Shown here piece after piece: positions 38,922 to 50,242 of a stretch of 64,000 nt of DNA. A program made the position numbers and the translations under genes. The stretch's first letter is position 1, and every line of letters starts with the position of its first letter. The notes beneath the pieces were generated by a model. It searched no databases. It worked only from the letters and a program-made list of their open reading frames with translations, and had not been told where the DNA came from. Source of the stretch: an uncultured Verrucomicrobiae bacterium (GTDB lineage: Bacteria; Chlamydiota; Chlamydiia; Chlamydiales; Rhabdochlamydiaceae); assembly GCA_963806855.1 (NCBI GenBank), contig CAWDYW010000003.1:352001-416000 (forward strand), read 5' to 3'.

Positions 38922-40358
38922 AGATAAAACTTTTTCAGTGATGTCGTGAAAGGTTCCCTCCGCGTTCATTTTCGTTCGTAATGCGCGATAAGCGTCACGG
39001 GAATAGATCGCCCAAAACTGCTCTTCAGTATAGTAAGTGCGACTATAAAGGACCTTTTTTCCACCACAGCGTCTCGTTTTTTCCTCTAATAGCTTGGTCA
39101 CATCTTCAGTAGTTGCAGTGTAATAGGAAGGGAGGCCATAGATTCCCACATTGATCACATGACTTGAGGAGGTGAGGTGGGGAGCGAAAATTTGGGGCTT
39201 CTGAGTGCTTTTGATCGGGCAGAGCCACATGGGGAAGGTCTCTGGATCTTTCATGACCTCTTCAAGAAATTGGGCCGCCTGCTCCTCTGGAATGCAAAAA
39301 TCTTGTAAAATGGAGTGCGTCTGAGCCCATTTGTCGGCCAAATGAAAGAGTTTCCACAGATTTTTAGTGCTTAAGATAGGGTGTAACAAGGTGCGCCAGA
39401 ACAGATTGGGGCGCAGTGGAGTGCGTAATTTGGCAATTTGCTCTGGGGTCAAGTTCCCATCGCTCGAGTCTTTGAATTTGCAAATCCCTTGTAAGAGGTA
39501 TCCGAGGACCAGTTGCGGTTGCAGCAGAAATCCTCCGACCCAAAATGCGCCTTGATCATACCGAAACAGATAATCGGTTAAGGTCATGACCTCTTCTGAA
39601 GTTTTCATTTTTTCCACATGTTGATAGTACCACTGGGCGCTCTTGGGCTTTAGGCCAAAGTAGGGTAATTGATCTGCAGTGTCAGCCAGGCGCCCCTCAA
39701 TGATGACGATCCTATCTTTAGAAAATACAATTCCATCGAGGAAATCGGCCGACGGTTCCTGCAATTTTTGAATCGCCTCCTCGGCAGAAGAGTAAGTATG
39801 ATACTTCAGACGGACCAATTCTTTTGCAGGGATGAGTTGGATCGTTGCCGATAATAGGGCCCCGAGCGATCCGTAGGAGCAGGGAACTCCATAGAAGGCT
39901 TCAGGATGTGACGTAGGAGATGCAGTGATGACTGTTCCATCTCCGCACAAGATCTCTAAGGATAGGCAATTGTCATTGAAGCTTCCCCACCGATGCGATC
40001 CACTTTCGCCAGCGCCGCCCATGATCGCGCCACCGACGGTGATCTCTTTGAATTCTGGGACGACAGGGGGGATGAGTCCATCGGCGAGTGTAGCCCTAAC
40101 AAGTCGCTCCATGGTGACACGCGGTTCAACAATTGCGATCCGTTTTTCTCGATCGATTTGGATGATTGCATTGAGCTCGCTCATATCGAGCCGTGGGCAC
40201 CCACTCTTATAGGATCTCGAACGGGTCGTATTGGTGTGATTGGAAGAATAGTTTAGGGAGATCGGAGAGCCCTTTTTTTGCTCCAGCAAAGTCCGTAGCT
40301 GTTGTTGTATTTTGGTAACCTTAAGGGTGTGATCCTGATGAACATTTTGCATATACAT
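38916..40358 (-). CDS. FAD-binding oxidoreductase, Delta(24)-sterol reductase-like
   Basis: VEPRVTMERL, PVVPEFKEITVGG, GESGSHRWG, SYGSLG, DYLFRYDQGAFW, QDFCIP, PMWLCP. Confidence 0.8.
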   Translation of the reverse strand: MYMQNVHQDHTLKVTKIQQQLRTLLEQKKGSPISLNYSSNHTNTTRSRSYKSGCPRLDMSELNAIIQIDREKRIAIVEPRVTMERLVRATLADGLIPPVVPEFKEITVGGAIMGGAGESGSHRWGSFNDNCLSLEILCGDGTVITASPTSHPEAFYGVPCSYGSLGALLSATIQLIPAKELVRLKYHTYSSAEEAIQKLQEPSADFLDGIVFSKDRIVIIEGRLADTADQLPYFGLKPKSAQWYYQHVEKMKTSEEVMTLTDYLFRYDQGAFWVGGFLLQPQLVLGYLLQGICKFKDSSDGNLTPEQIAKLRTPLRPNLFWRTLLHPILSTKNLWKLFHLADKWAQTHSILQDFCIPEEQAAQFLEEVMKDPETFPMWLCPIKSTQKPQIFAPHLTSSSHVINVGIYGLPSYYTATTEDVTKLLEEKTRRCGGKKVLYSRTYYTEEQFWAIYSRDAYRALRTKMNAEGTFHDITEKVLSL

Positions 40359-40393
40359 CAGGATAACTTTACTCCAATAAAATGGAATTATTT

Positions 40394-41455
40394 TTACGTT
40401 ACTTCAACTGCAATGACGGTGACATTGTCTTTTGCTGAGCGAGTGTAAACAGCATGGTTGACAAGCTCGCGGGCAAGGGTTTTTGGCTCTTGACAGAAGA
40501 TGGTTGTCGAAATCCAGTTGAAGATCCATCTGACGATATTGCGGATGGTCCAAGCGTTGAACACGATATTTGCAATTTCTTGTTCTGGAACGTAGTCTTT
40601 TAACCCATCGCAGGCCAGGACGAGGACATCTCCTTTCTGGAGCTTATTGATGGTGATTTTGGGTTTGTGGATCACGAGCGGTTTTTCTTTTGTGCCAGTT
40701 TCGCTGACATCGCCGATCGCACGGCTGACATTGACGCCAAGATTTAAATGTGAGCGGATATTTTTAGGGTTGCCGCCAAACAGAGTGATCCACTTTTCGG
40801 CAATGCTACCATAGGCGTTGATCAGTCGCTCTGCCTCTTTTTTGCAAGTCCAATCACGAACGGTAGAGAGGGGGATTGATTGTCCTGATCGATAGAGATT
40901 GGCTTCGCTGTCGCCCAAGGTGGCGGTGATGATTTGGTGTGTCTCTTTATCGATGAAGGAGACAACTGCGGTGCTGCCGATCTTATTCCATTCTGGCTTT
41001 TTGGCCACTTCTTGGTGGATTTCATGGATCAGGACTTCAAAGGCTCGGAAGGTATCTCCCTTATGGGCTTTTAGGACAGATGGGAACCGTTTTTGAAATT
41101 CTTCGCTGGCATAGTTGGATATCGCTTTTCCGCCATGACCATCGAAAATGCCGATGAGGGTCCCTTGCTCGATTTCCATGAAAAAATGGGCATCTTCCAT
41201 ATCAGCCCGAGGCCCAATATCATCGGCGAATGTATGGGTCAGCTTGAGGGAAGTGCTCTCTTTTTGGAGAAGGGTTTCTTTGGTGGGGAGCGCTTGGGAG
41301 GCAGAAGCATAGACAGAACTTACTTTTTGATGCTCTTTCATCGCCTTTTCCCCATTGCGGAGCATATTATCGAGCGCCTGCTCCCGAGTTAGGGGGGCTG
41401 CTCGATAGGAGTGATCAGGGATGGATCTAAATAAATTAAATAAAATTTCAGACAT
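40394..41455 (-). CDS. PP2C-family Ser/Thr protein phosphatase
   Basis: RADMED, FDGHGG, LGDS, VSRAIGD, LACDGL, DNVTV. Confidence 0.92.
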   Translation of the reverse strand: MSEILFNLFRSIPDHSYRAAPLTREQALDNMLRNGEKAMKEHQKVSSVYASASQALPTKETLLQKESTSLKLTHTFADDIGPRADMEDAHFFMEIEQGTLIGIFDGHGGKAISNYASEEFQKRFPSVLKAHKGDTFRAFEVLIHEIHQEVAKKPEWNKIGSTAVVSFIDKETHQIITATLGDSEANLYRSGQSIPLSTVRDWTCKKEAERLINAYGSIAEKWITLFGGNPKNIRSHLNLGVNVSRAIGDVSETGTKEKPLVIHKPKITINKLQKGDVLVLACDGLKDYVPEQEIANIVFNAWTIRNIVRWIFNWISTTIFCQEPKTLARELVNHAVYTRSAKDNVTVIAVEVT

Positions 41456-41523
41456 TATTCCTCTCCTTCTTTATTAAGGAACAACGATTATAGTCTTTAT
41501 GAGGTTTAAAAGAAATATAGTTC

Positions 41524-42287
41524 TTATTTTAGATAGGTCTCGAGCCGTTGGCTCCACCCTTTGAGCCACTGATCTTCTTTGCGGTGGATCGGGGCGTTTT
41601 TGATGCGGCGCGCGAGTACTTTTTTGCCAGCGTTCACAAATTCTTGGGCGAGCTGGTCATCGCTGATTTCGTCGGGCATGGTTTGGAGCACTTGGAGCAG
41701 GCCCCACCCTTCGCCGCGGTACCGCTCGGTCTCGGCAAGGCCGGTCCCTTTGAAATGGGAGTAGTCGATGAGGGCGTAGGCTCCTTTCTCGGAGGCTTTT
41801 AATTTTTCGATATAGGATTTCTGCTTGTCGGTGAGGTGGGGCGCCAGCTCGGCTTCGGCTACTTTAAAGCGGTCGAGGAGAAAGAGGATTTGCAGGTCGA
41901 GGGTGTCGGAGAGCAAATCGCGCAGCTGCTGCATCTTTTTACTTCGCTTGTCGCTGAGGAAATCTTCGCGGTTTTTCCATGGGAAGCCTTTTTTGGACTT
42001 GATCCAGGAGGGGATCTCTTTGTCTGTGTCTTTGAGTTTTTAGAGAGGAATTCGATGAGAGCTGGGAAGGTCTCGGTGAATTTCTTCGGGGTGTTTTCGG
42101 GATACCAGATGAAATGGCCAATGCCGAGGGAGGGGAACTCTTCGTTTTCATTCCAAGAGATCAGGCCATCGACGGTGCCGCGGCATTCGTTTTGCCACAC
42201 TTTGAGCCCAATTTGATGGAGCGACTCTTGGGAAAGGTCGGCAAAAGCGCTTATTGAAAAAAGGAGTAATAAAATGATCCGAAACAT
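41524..42287 (-). CDS. Exported hypothetical protein (one apparent frameshift)
   Basis: Signal peptide; SLGIGHFIWYP and DYSHFKGTG..GWGLLQVL halves join if one A is added to the run at 42037-42041. Confidence 0.7.
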
Positions 42288-42320
42288 TGTGTTGGAGTAT
42301 GGCAATTAGACCGATAAAAA

Positions 42321-43872
42321 TCAATTATTCTCCAGCGAATGTGACGTCGTGGGTTTGTTGTTGTGCCCCCTTTTTCGTCTGCCTAAAAGCAGTAGTCCGT
42401 AATCAGGGCGATAAATAATCCAGCCCATTGCAAAGAAACAATCGTTGATACCTAAAACCGAAGCCTGGGTATCGGCCTGGGCATTGACGAAGACTTGCGC
42501 TTTGGTGCCGCTGATACCGAAGCTTTGGAGTTTGGCGTAGTAGTCAGAGACGACGCTTCTGCTGGGAAGGATTTCAGAGACGATGTTGGCATGCTGGTAG
42601 GCGCTGCGGCGGGTCCACAAAGTGGTGAAAACAGAGGTACCAACGCCCCCCACCATGGCGCGGAAGAAGTGGAACATTCCGGCAGAGGAGGGAAGTTTTT
42701 CAAGTGGGATATCGCGCGCAGCGAGGCTGAAGAGGGGGACGATGAAAAATAGGAGGCCAAATCCGAATAGGAAGCGGGAAAAGGCAATATGGAAAAGGCT
42801 GACGTCGGTATTGAAGAAGGCGCCATCGAAGGAGGAGGCGGCAAAAAGGATGAGGCTGCATGCGAGTGGAATGATCTGACCGACTTTATCGATGAGTTTG
42901 CTGATCAGTCCTGAAAAAAAGACGGGCATGATCCCTAAGGGGGCGACGGCTATACCGGCCCAAGTTGAGGTGTATCCCATATTTTGTTGCAGCCAAAGGG
43001 GAACGAGAACGACTCCTCCGAAGTAGATCGCATAAACTGTGATAATGAGGATACAGGAGAGATGATAGCTGGGGATTTTCAAAAGGCGCAGTTCAAGCAG
43101 AGGTTGGGATGGTGAGTTCCCATACAACTAGATAAAGAAAAGAGAGGAAAGAGATAATCATGAGGGTGAGGATCAGGGGCGATCGAGTCCAGTCGTACTG
43201 CTCACCTTTATCGAAGATAAATTGGAGAGTGCTTACTCCTATTGCCAGGAGAATAAGCCCAATCCAATCAGTAGGTAATTTTTTGGTTGGGGTTTCATAA
43301 GGTCGCAAATAGAGATGAATGATGAGGGCAGAAAGGAGGCCAAAGGGGATATTGATGAAAAAGATCCAAGGCCAGTAGAAATCATAGGATATCCAGCCTC
43401 CCAGAATGGGGCCAATCACGGGTGCGACGACAACGACGGTCCCCCAATATCCGATCGCCACGTTTTTTTTCTCAGGGGGAAAAATGGAGATAATCATGGT
43501 CTGCGAGACGGGAATTAGGGGGCCTGAGGCAAGCCCTTGGAGAAAACGGGAGACGACGAGGGAAGTTGAATTGGGAGAAATACCGCAGGTCCAAGAAAAA
43601 AAGACGAAGCCAATCAGGGCAATTAGGCTCAAACGGACGAGTCCAATGCGATGTGTTAGCCAACCGGTGATCGGCAGTACAATCGCGCTTCCCACCGCAA
43701 ACGCGGTAATGACATAGGTTCCCTCGTTGGCGCTTATCCCCAAATCTCCTGCGATGTAGGGGATAGAGACGTTGGCGATGGTATAATCGAGAACGATCAG
43801 GAAGGTGGCAAGGGAAATGCCAATTGCAGCGAGAGCAAGACGGATGCCGGTCAGGTGTTTAATGTTTGTCAT
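42321..43872 (-). CDS. emrB: DHA2-family MFS efflux permease (apparent frameshift near 43100)
   Basis: LDYTIANVSIP, RFLQG, GPILGGW..WPWIFFINIPFG; continues as LLELRLL in the second frame. Confidence 0.85.
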
Positions 43873-45016
43873 TTTCGCCCTTACTATTGTCGGCGATGAT
43901 TTGATTAATTAGCTCGTCTGCTCCCTTTTCTTGATCCTCAAAAATCGTGGTGACGTAGAGTTGCTGCACAGGGGTTGTCACGGGGATCAGCTCGCCGCTA
44001 GTGTCGTGGACATCGACATTCACATTCATTGAAAGACCCAGGCGAAGGGGGTGGTCTTTAAGTTCATCGGGTTTAAGATGAACCCGCACAGGGAGACGTT
44101 GGACGATTTTAATCCAGTTTCCAGTCGCATTTTGCGGAGGCAAAACGGAGAGGACGCTTCCTGTTGCCGCGCCAATGCCAATTACTTCTCCATGATAGAC
44201 AAAGCCCGATCCATAGATATCGGAGGTCATTTTGACTGGCTGCCCGATCCTCATTTTCCCAAGTTGACTCTCTTTATAGTTGGCATCGACCCAGATTTGA
44301 TCCATAGGGACGACGATCATTAGAGAGCTATTTGGACTGATGGCCTCGCCTACTTGGGCCTGCTTATTAGTAATAATTCCTCTGACGGGAGAGCGGATGG
44401 TGCATCGCTGCAGATTGACATAAGCTTCTTTTGTGGCAGCTTTGGCTTTTTCAACGAGGGGATGGGTTTCGACTGTCGTCCCTTCGACGAGGACTTCAGC
44501 GCCGCGCAATTGATGCTGGGCGGAAAGCAAATTAGCGAAGGCTTCGATGAAGAAGGCTTCAGAGTGCTGGAAATCTTCGACCGAAATTGCTCCAGAGCTG
44601 ACCATCTTCTTGCGGTTCTCATAGTCTTGTCCGGTCTTGGCCACTTCAGCTTTTCGTGATTCGACATCGGCTTTTAATCGGGAGACATTTTCAAACATCT
44701 GCGCGACATTGCGTACAGTGTCGGCTAGCTCATTTTTTGCTTTGTCTAAGGCGATTGTCTTGTCAATTGTATCGAGTTGGACAAGGACATGCCCCTCTTC
44801 GACCATCTGTGTTTCATCGACTGTCACATTGGTGATGTATCCTGAAATCTGCGGGGTGATCACGACTTGGTTACCATTGACATAAGCATCCTCTGTCTTC
44901 TTGTGAAAACGGAAAACGAAAAGCCAGAGTATAAGGAGAATGAGGCCGATGATGAGCAGGCCCCCGGTTAATCCCACAAGGATTTTTTTTCGTTTTCCAT
45001 CATGGGGTTCATTCAC
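43859..45016 (-). CDS. emrA: HlyD-family membrane fusion protein
   Basis: TEDAYVNGN, ANYKE, PPQNATGNWIKIVQRLPVR; start uncertain. Confidence 0.9.
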   Translation of the reverse strand: MNEPHDGKRKKILVGLTGGLLIIGLILLILWLFVFRFHKKTEDAYVNGNQVVITPQISGYITNVTVDETQMVEEGHVLVQLDTIDKTIALDKAKNELADTVRNVAQMFENVSRLKADVESRKAEVAKTGQDYENRKKMVSSGAISVEDFQHSEAFFIEAFANLLSAQHQLRGAEVLVEGTTVETHPLVEKAKAATKEAYVNLQRCTIRSPVRGIITNKQAQVGEAISPNSSLMIVVPMDQIWVDANYKESQLGKMRIGQPVKMTSDIYGSGFVYHGEVIGIGAATGSVLSVLPPQNATGNWIKIVQRLPVRVHLKPDELKDHPLRLGLSMNVNVDVHDTSGELIPVTTPVQQLYVTTIFEDQEKGADELINQIIADNSKGENDKH

Positions 45017-46457
45017 ATCCAAGGGGAACCTCCGTTGCAAAGTAGCCGCCGCCTAGGGCTTTGATGAGTTGAATCACAGCAGTTCTTTGTTGGTATTGCA
45101 GCGATAGATTATTGATCTCTTCCTGCAGCAAATCATTCTCTGTTGTTAAGTAATTTGAAAGGCTATCGATCGCATTTTTATATCGGATATCTGCCAAATT
45201 TTTATTTTGGGTTTTATTCTCAAGAAGCAGTTTTTCTGACTTTAGGTTTTCGCTCACGGTTCTTAGAATCACAATCTGATCGGCTACTTCTTGTGCAGCT
45301 TTTAACACCGACTCATTATAGCTATAAATCATCTCTTCGAATTCGGCCCTCTTCTCTCGTAAATTGGCTCGCAGTCTGCCAGCGGTGAAGATCGGGATAT
45401 GGATAGCGGGCATCACTTGACGCAGGCGGCTTCCCCAGGAGAAAAATCGGTCTGAGAATACCCCGTCGAGCCCCAAAATGGTTAAGAAATCAATACGGGG
45501 ATAGAATTCGGCTTTTGCTGCTCCCACCATGTGAGCGGCGGCTTCAATTCTCCAAATCTGTGCCATCAGATCGGAGCGCCTTGTGAGCAATTCGGAGGAG
45601 ATGTTGCAGGGGAGGGGAAAGGCGATCTCGGTATTCAGGGAAATCGTCTCCACCTCTTCACATAGATGAGGCCCTTGCCCGATCAACATATTGAGCATAT
45701 GGCGCGCCAATTCCACTCTCTGAATGGAAAATTGGATGCTCTGATCGATTTCTAGTGTCTGGATGTCGGTGATGAGCACTTGGATGCTGGAATCGACAGC
45801 ATTTTCTTGTCGGTGTTGTGAGAGATTAAAGAGATCGTTAAGGATTTTTTTTTGCTCTTGCAGCAGCGCCAATTGCTGCATCTCAGCTTGGAGTTGGAAG
45901 TAGGTTGAGGCCACTGAAGTGGTTAGGACCAGAATCGCAGTTTGCTGCTCAGCCATTTCGGCTTTAGCTTGCCCAAGAGCCGACCGATAGATGTTCCGAT
46001 TTTTGCCCCAGAAATCGAGTTCATAGTTGATCTCGAGGTTGAGTTTATATTCGTCGACATGGGCAGGGAAAATCGTAGGAGCGTAAGCGCGGAATAGGTT
46101 AAATTTACCCAATTTTCCATAGTTAGCAGAAGCATTTAGTCCCAATGTGGGAAAAAGACTTGATAATTTGATAGAGGCCTCTGCTTCGGCAGCCTGCACT
46201 TGTGCAGCGACTCGGGTCAATGTGGGGCTGTCTTCAAGTGCTCTGTCGATGAGTCTACTTAATTGCGGATCGTTGAACATCTCCCACCAGCAGGGATTAG
46301 GGAAATCCCCTTCGATAAAGCCATTCTGGCTCAAGGCCTCACCCGTATCGACGCAGGGGGTATCGAGCATTTTACAATTGGCTTCATCAGTTGGAATTTT
46401 CATACAACCCGTAGAGAGCAGCAGGCAAAGGAAGAGCGCGATGGCAGTTCGGTCCAT
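45009..46457 (-). CDS. Efflux outer membrane lipoprotein (NodT/TolC family)
   Basis: Lipobox LSTGC, WWEMFNDPQL, YELDFWG, LIKALGGG. Confidence 0.9.
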   Translation of the reverse strand: MDRTAIALFLCLLLSTGCMKIPTDEANCKMLDTPCVDTGEALSQNGFIEGDFPNPCWWEMFNDPQLSRLIDRALEDSPTLTRVAAQVQAAEAEASIKLSSLFPTLGLNASANYGKLGKFNLFRAYAPTIFPAHVDEYKLNLEINYELDFWGKNRNIYRSALGQAKAEMAEQQTAILVLTTSVASTYFQLQAEMQQLALLQEQKKILNDLFNLSQHRQENAVDSSIQVLITDIQTLEIDQSIQFSIQRVELARHMLNMLIGQGPHLCEEVETISLNTEIAFPLPCNISSELLTRRSDLMAQIWRIEAAAHMVGAAKAEFYPRIDFLTILGLDGVFSDRFFSWGSRLRQVMPAIHIPIFTAGRLRANLREKRAEFEEMIYSYNESVLKAAQEVADQIVILRTVSENLKSEKLLLENKTQNKNLADIRYKNAIDSLSNYLTTENDLLQEEINNLSLQYQQRTAVIQLIKALGGGYFATEVPLGCE

Positions 46458-46483
46458 TCCTCTGAAATAGGTTAAAAAATTTT

Positions 46484-47533
46484 TTAATTCAATGCCTTTT
46501 CGATTAGGGCGCCGCCGAGACAGACCGTCCCTTCATAGAAGACGATCGATTGGCGTGGGGTGATTGCCCGTTGCGGCTTTGGGAACGAGACTCTAAGCAT
46601 GTCATTTTCAACCGCTTCGATCACACAATCTTGGTCCTCTTGCCGGTACCGAATTTTGGCGGTGCATCGAAAAGGGAGGGTGGGGGGAATAAAAGTCGAT
46701 TCTTTTGCAATCAGCCCCGGGGCATAAAGGGCAGGATGGTCGGCGCCCTGCTCGACAACCACCTCATTTTTCTCGATGTCCTTGTCGACGACGAACCAGG
46801 CCTCGCCCGGCCCGCCGATCCCCAGTCCTTTCCGCTGCCCAACCGTATAGTAGGCGGCCCCATCGTGCTTGCCGATAATCTCTCCGGCCAGATTTTTGAA
46901 ATCCCCAGGGTGATAGGGGATATAGTGGCTGATGAACTCTTTGAAATTGCGCTTCCCTATGAAACAGATCCCGGTGCTGTCCTTTTTGTCATGGACAGGC
47001 AGCCCTCGCTGCTCAGCTAACCTGCGCACCTCGCTTTTCGGGAGATGGCCCACCGGAAAGAGCACCTGGTGCAATACCTCTTTGTTGACTGCATGGAGGA
47101 AATAGCTCTGATCTTTGCTCGGATCGGCCCCCTTGAGCAGCTTACTCCCTTCCGTTTGGCAGTAGTGGCCCGTCGCCAAAAAATCGGCGCCCAGACTCTT
47201 TGCCTTCTCGAAGAAGATGTTGAACTTGATCTCCTTGTTGCAGAGGATATCGGGATTGGGAGTGTAACCCAATTTCAACTCTTCGACGAAATGGGAAAAG
47301 ACCAGGTCCCAATATTCCTGGACAAAATTGACCGTATAGAGCGGGACATCAAGAATGGAGCAGACCTTGGCCGCATCTTCATAGTCGGCGGTAGACTTGC
47401 AGATCCCATCAGCCCCTTGCTCTTCCCAATTTTTCATGAAAAGCCCGAGTACCTCATACCCTTGTTCCTTGAGCAAATAGGCAGATACGGAGGAATCGAC
47501 TCCTCCTGACATTCCAATAACGACCCGTTTCAT
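46484..47533 (-). CDS. mnmA: tRNA 2-thiouridine(34) synthase
   Basis: [38 protein letters not shown]. Confidence 0.96.
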   Translation of the reverse strand: MKRVVIGMSGGVDSSVSAYLLKEQGYEVLGLFMKNWEEQGADGICKSTADYEDAAKVCSILDVPLYTVNFVQEYWDLVFSHFVEELKLGYTPNPDILCNKEIKFNIFFEKAKSLGADFLATGHYCQTEGSKLLKGADPSKDQSYFLHAVNKEVLHQVLFPVGHLPKSEVRRLAEQRGLPVHDKKDSTGICFIGKRNFKEFISHYIPYHPGDFKNLAGEIIGKHDGAAYYTVGQRKGLGIGGPGEAWFVVDKDIEKNEVVVEQGADHPALYAPGLIAKESTFIPPTLPFRCTAKIRYRQEDQDCVIEAVENDMLRVSFPKPQRAITPRQSIVFYEGTVCLGGALIEKALN

Positions 47534-47591
47534 GGGGACCATTTTACTTTAAAAGGGTATATAAAAAAAAGATTATGAAAATTTCTTTAAA
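47358..47591. repeat. Direct repeat A, copy 1 (mnmA 5' end, spacer, first codons of the divergent hydrolase)
   Basis: Near-identical to 49301-49527. Confidence 0.9.
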
Positions 47592-47651
47592 CTATACCCA
47601 AGATGACTTAATCCCGCCTATCGGCCAACTTTTGAGCCATCTTGGGTATAG
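47592..47651. repeat. Short inverted repeat CTATACCCAAGATG / CATCTTGGGTATAG
   Basis: 14-bp perfect arms starting exactly at the end of direct repeat A copy 1. Confidence 0.75.
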
Positions 47652-47718
47652 CTTGAACTCCCATTCGTCGATATGATACAATCACTTTTTTAAGTCTTTC
47701 CAGAAGTGAGTAAATCGT

Positions 47719-48477
47719 ATGATCTCTCGTGAAGCCGCTCTTGAAGCAATAGCCATTGAAGTAGACCAAGCGCTAAGGATAGGTCCTGTTGCACACATTA
47801 AACATCGGGGTGTGACAAATGGCCTCTTCGGACTTGGAGGATTAGAATCCCATCTCTTAGGACTGAAAAATGGGGAGCATTATAGCCTCCATGATTGGGG
47901 ACATTACGACGATATTCAAGCCACAAGTGCACTTTCGCCTGAATTACCGAAAGGTTTTGTCATTGCCCTAAAAACAGATACCCTTGCAGAGAATGAATCC
48001 AGAGGCAGAAAAAGTGCATCCATTCCCCTTGAAGGAAAAACTCCCAATTATGATGGCGACTATATCAAAATAGATTGGATATATCCTCACAAAGAAATTC
48101 AAGGATTAGGAATTCCACGCCAATATTTCTTTGCAGTAGAACGCGCTGTCAAAAAAGCAGGTTATCCCAGCATCCATGTCGATGCTACAAATAATGGCCT
48201 CTCCTATTGGGCCCGAAAAGAATTTGGTTTGAAAATACCTAAAGCCTTTCATCCAATTTTAATCGATGGCTTTAAAAAGTTTAAAGCGAATCAAAAACTT
48301 TTTACCCAACAAGCAAGTGAAGCCTCGCCTTATGTGAATGGCCTAGATGAAACCGAACTTCCCCATGATATCGATCCCAATGAACCACACACCATTCCCA
48401 GAATATTCATGGATGTTTTGAGCGCTATTTTTATTGTAAAGGGAGAAGGACATCTCCATTTTTACAAAAAGTTTTAG
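47719..48477 (+). CDS. Hypothetical protein with GNAT-like segment
   Basis: IQGLGIPR (motif A-like), IHVDATNNGLSYWARKEF. Confidence 0.55.
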   Translation: MISREAALEAIAIEVDQALRIGPVAHIKHRGVTNGLFGLGGLESHLLGLKNGEHYSLHDWGHYDDIQATSALSPELPKGFVIALKTDTLAENESRGRKSASIPLEGKTPNYDGDYIKIDWIYPHKEIQGLGIPRQYFFAVERAVKKAGYPSIHVDATNNGLSYWARKEFGLKIPKAFHPILIDGFKKFKANQKLFTQQASEASPYVNGLDETELPHDIDPNEPHTIPRIFMDVLSAIFIVKGEGHLHFYKKF

Positions 48478-48630
48478 TTTTCTCTTAAGGATAGTTGTGC
48501 GGGCACATATTCCTGTGGCCGAGAAAACGATCTATAATGGCCATACCCGCCTTCTACAAATATTTGAAGCTCGCCGAAGGATATCATCCTTAAGTACATA
48601 AGAACAGTAATTAATTCTTTACCAAAATCG

Positions 48631-48660
48631 TTGCAAATTAGTACCATAGTGTGGTACCAT
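48631..48660 (+). promoter_or_regulatory. hicAB promoter with palindromic operator GTACCA-N5-TGGTAC
   Basis: TTGCAA and TACCAT boxes overlapped by the inverted repeat at 48641-48657. Confidence 0.55.
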
Positions 48661-48678
48661 GTAATTAGAGGCCAGCGA

Positions 48679-48946
48679 ATGAATGCAAAGCACAAAAGGA
48701 CGTTGGAAGCGATTTTTTAAGCAACCAGTTCAATCAAATGTAGTGTGGCAAGAGTGTGAAAAGCTTTTAGAAGCGCTAGGAGCAGAAATCGTAGAAGGCA
48801 ATGGATCTCGCGTTAGGATTCGTTTAAATGGAGTAAAAGCAGTGTTCCATCGGCCCCATCCTCAAAAAGAAACTGATAAGGGTGCGCTCGTTTCTTTGAG
48901 AAAATTTTTAGAAAACTCAGGTGTGAAACCTAAGGGAGAAAAATAA
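48679..48946 (+). CDS. hicA: HicA-family toxin (one apparent frameshift)
   Basis: MNAKHKRTLEAIF from 48679, extra T in the run at 48713-48718, then KQPVQSNVVW..EGNGSRVR..FHRPHP. Confidence 0.85.
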
Positions 48947-48948
48947 CA

Positions 48949-50110
<1,162 letters not shown>

Positions 50111-50114
<4 letters not shown>

Positions 50115-50215
50115 TCCTGCTTGCAATACCCTTTAGGGCAATTAGACATTGATTCGGGTTGCTCTTCTTCCACTTCTTGTAGATCGAGATCTTCTTCTAA
50201 ATCATCCTCTTCCAT
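50111..50215 (-). CDS. Putative class I lanthipeptide precursor, 34 aa (MEEDDLEEDLDLQEVEEEQPESMSNCPKGYCKQD)
   Basis: AAAAGGAG RBS; acidic leader with DLDL; all Ser and Cys in the C-terminal part; head-to-head with lanB. Confidence 0.72.
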
Positions 50216-50242
50216 TAGAATGCTCCTTTTCCACACGATTGT

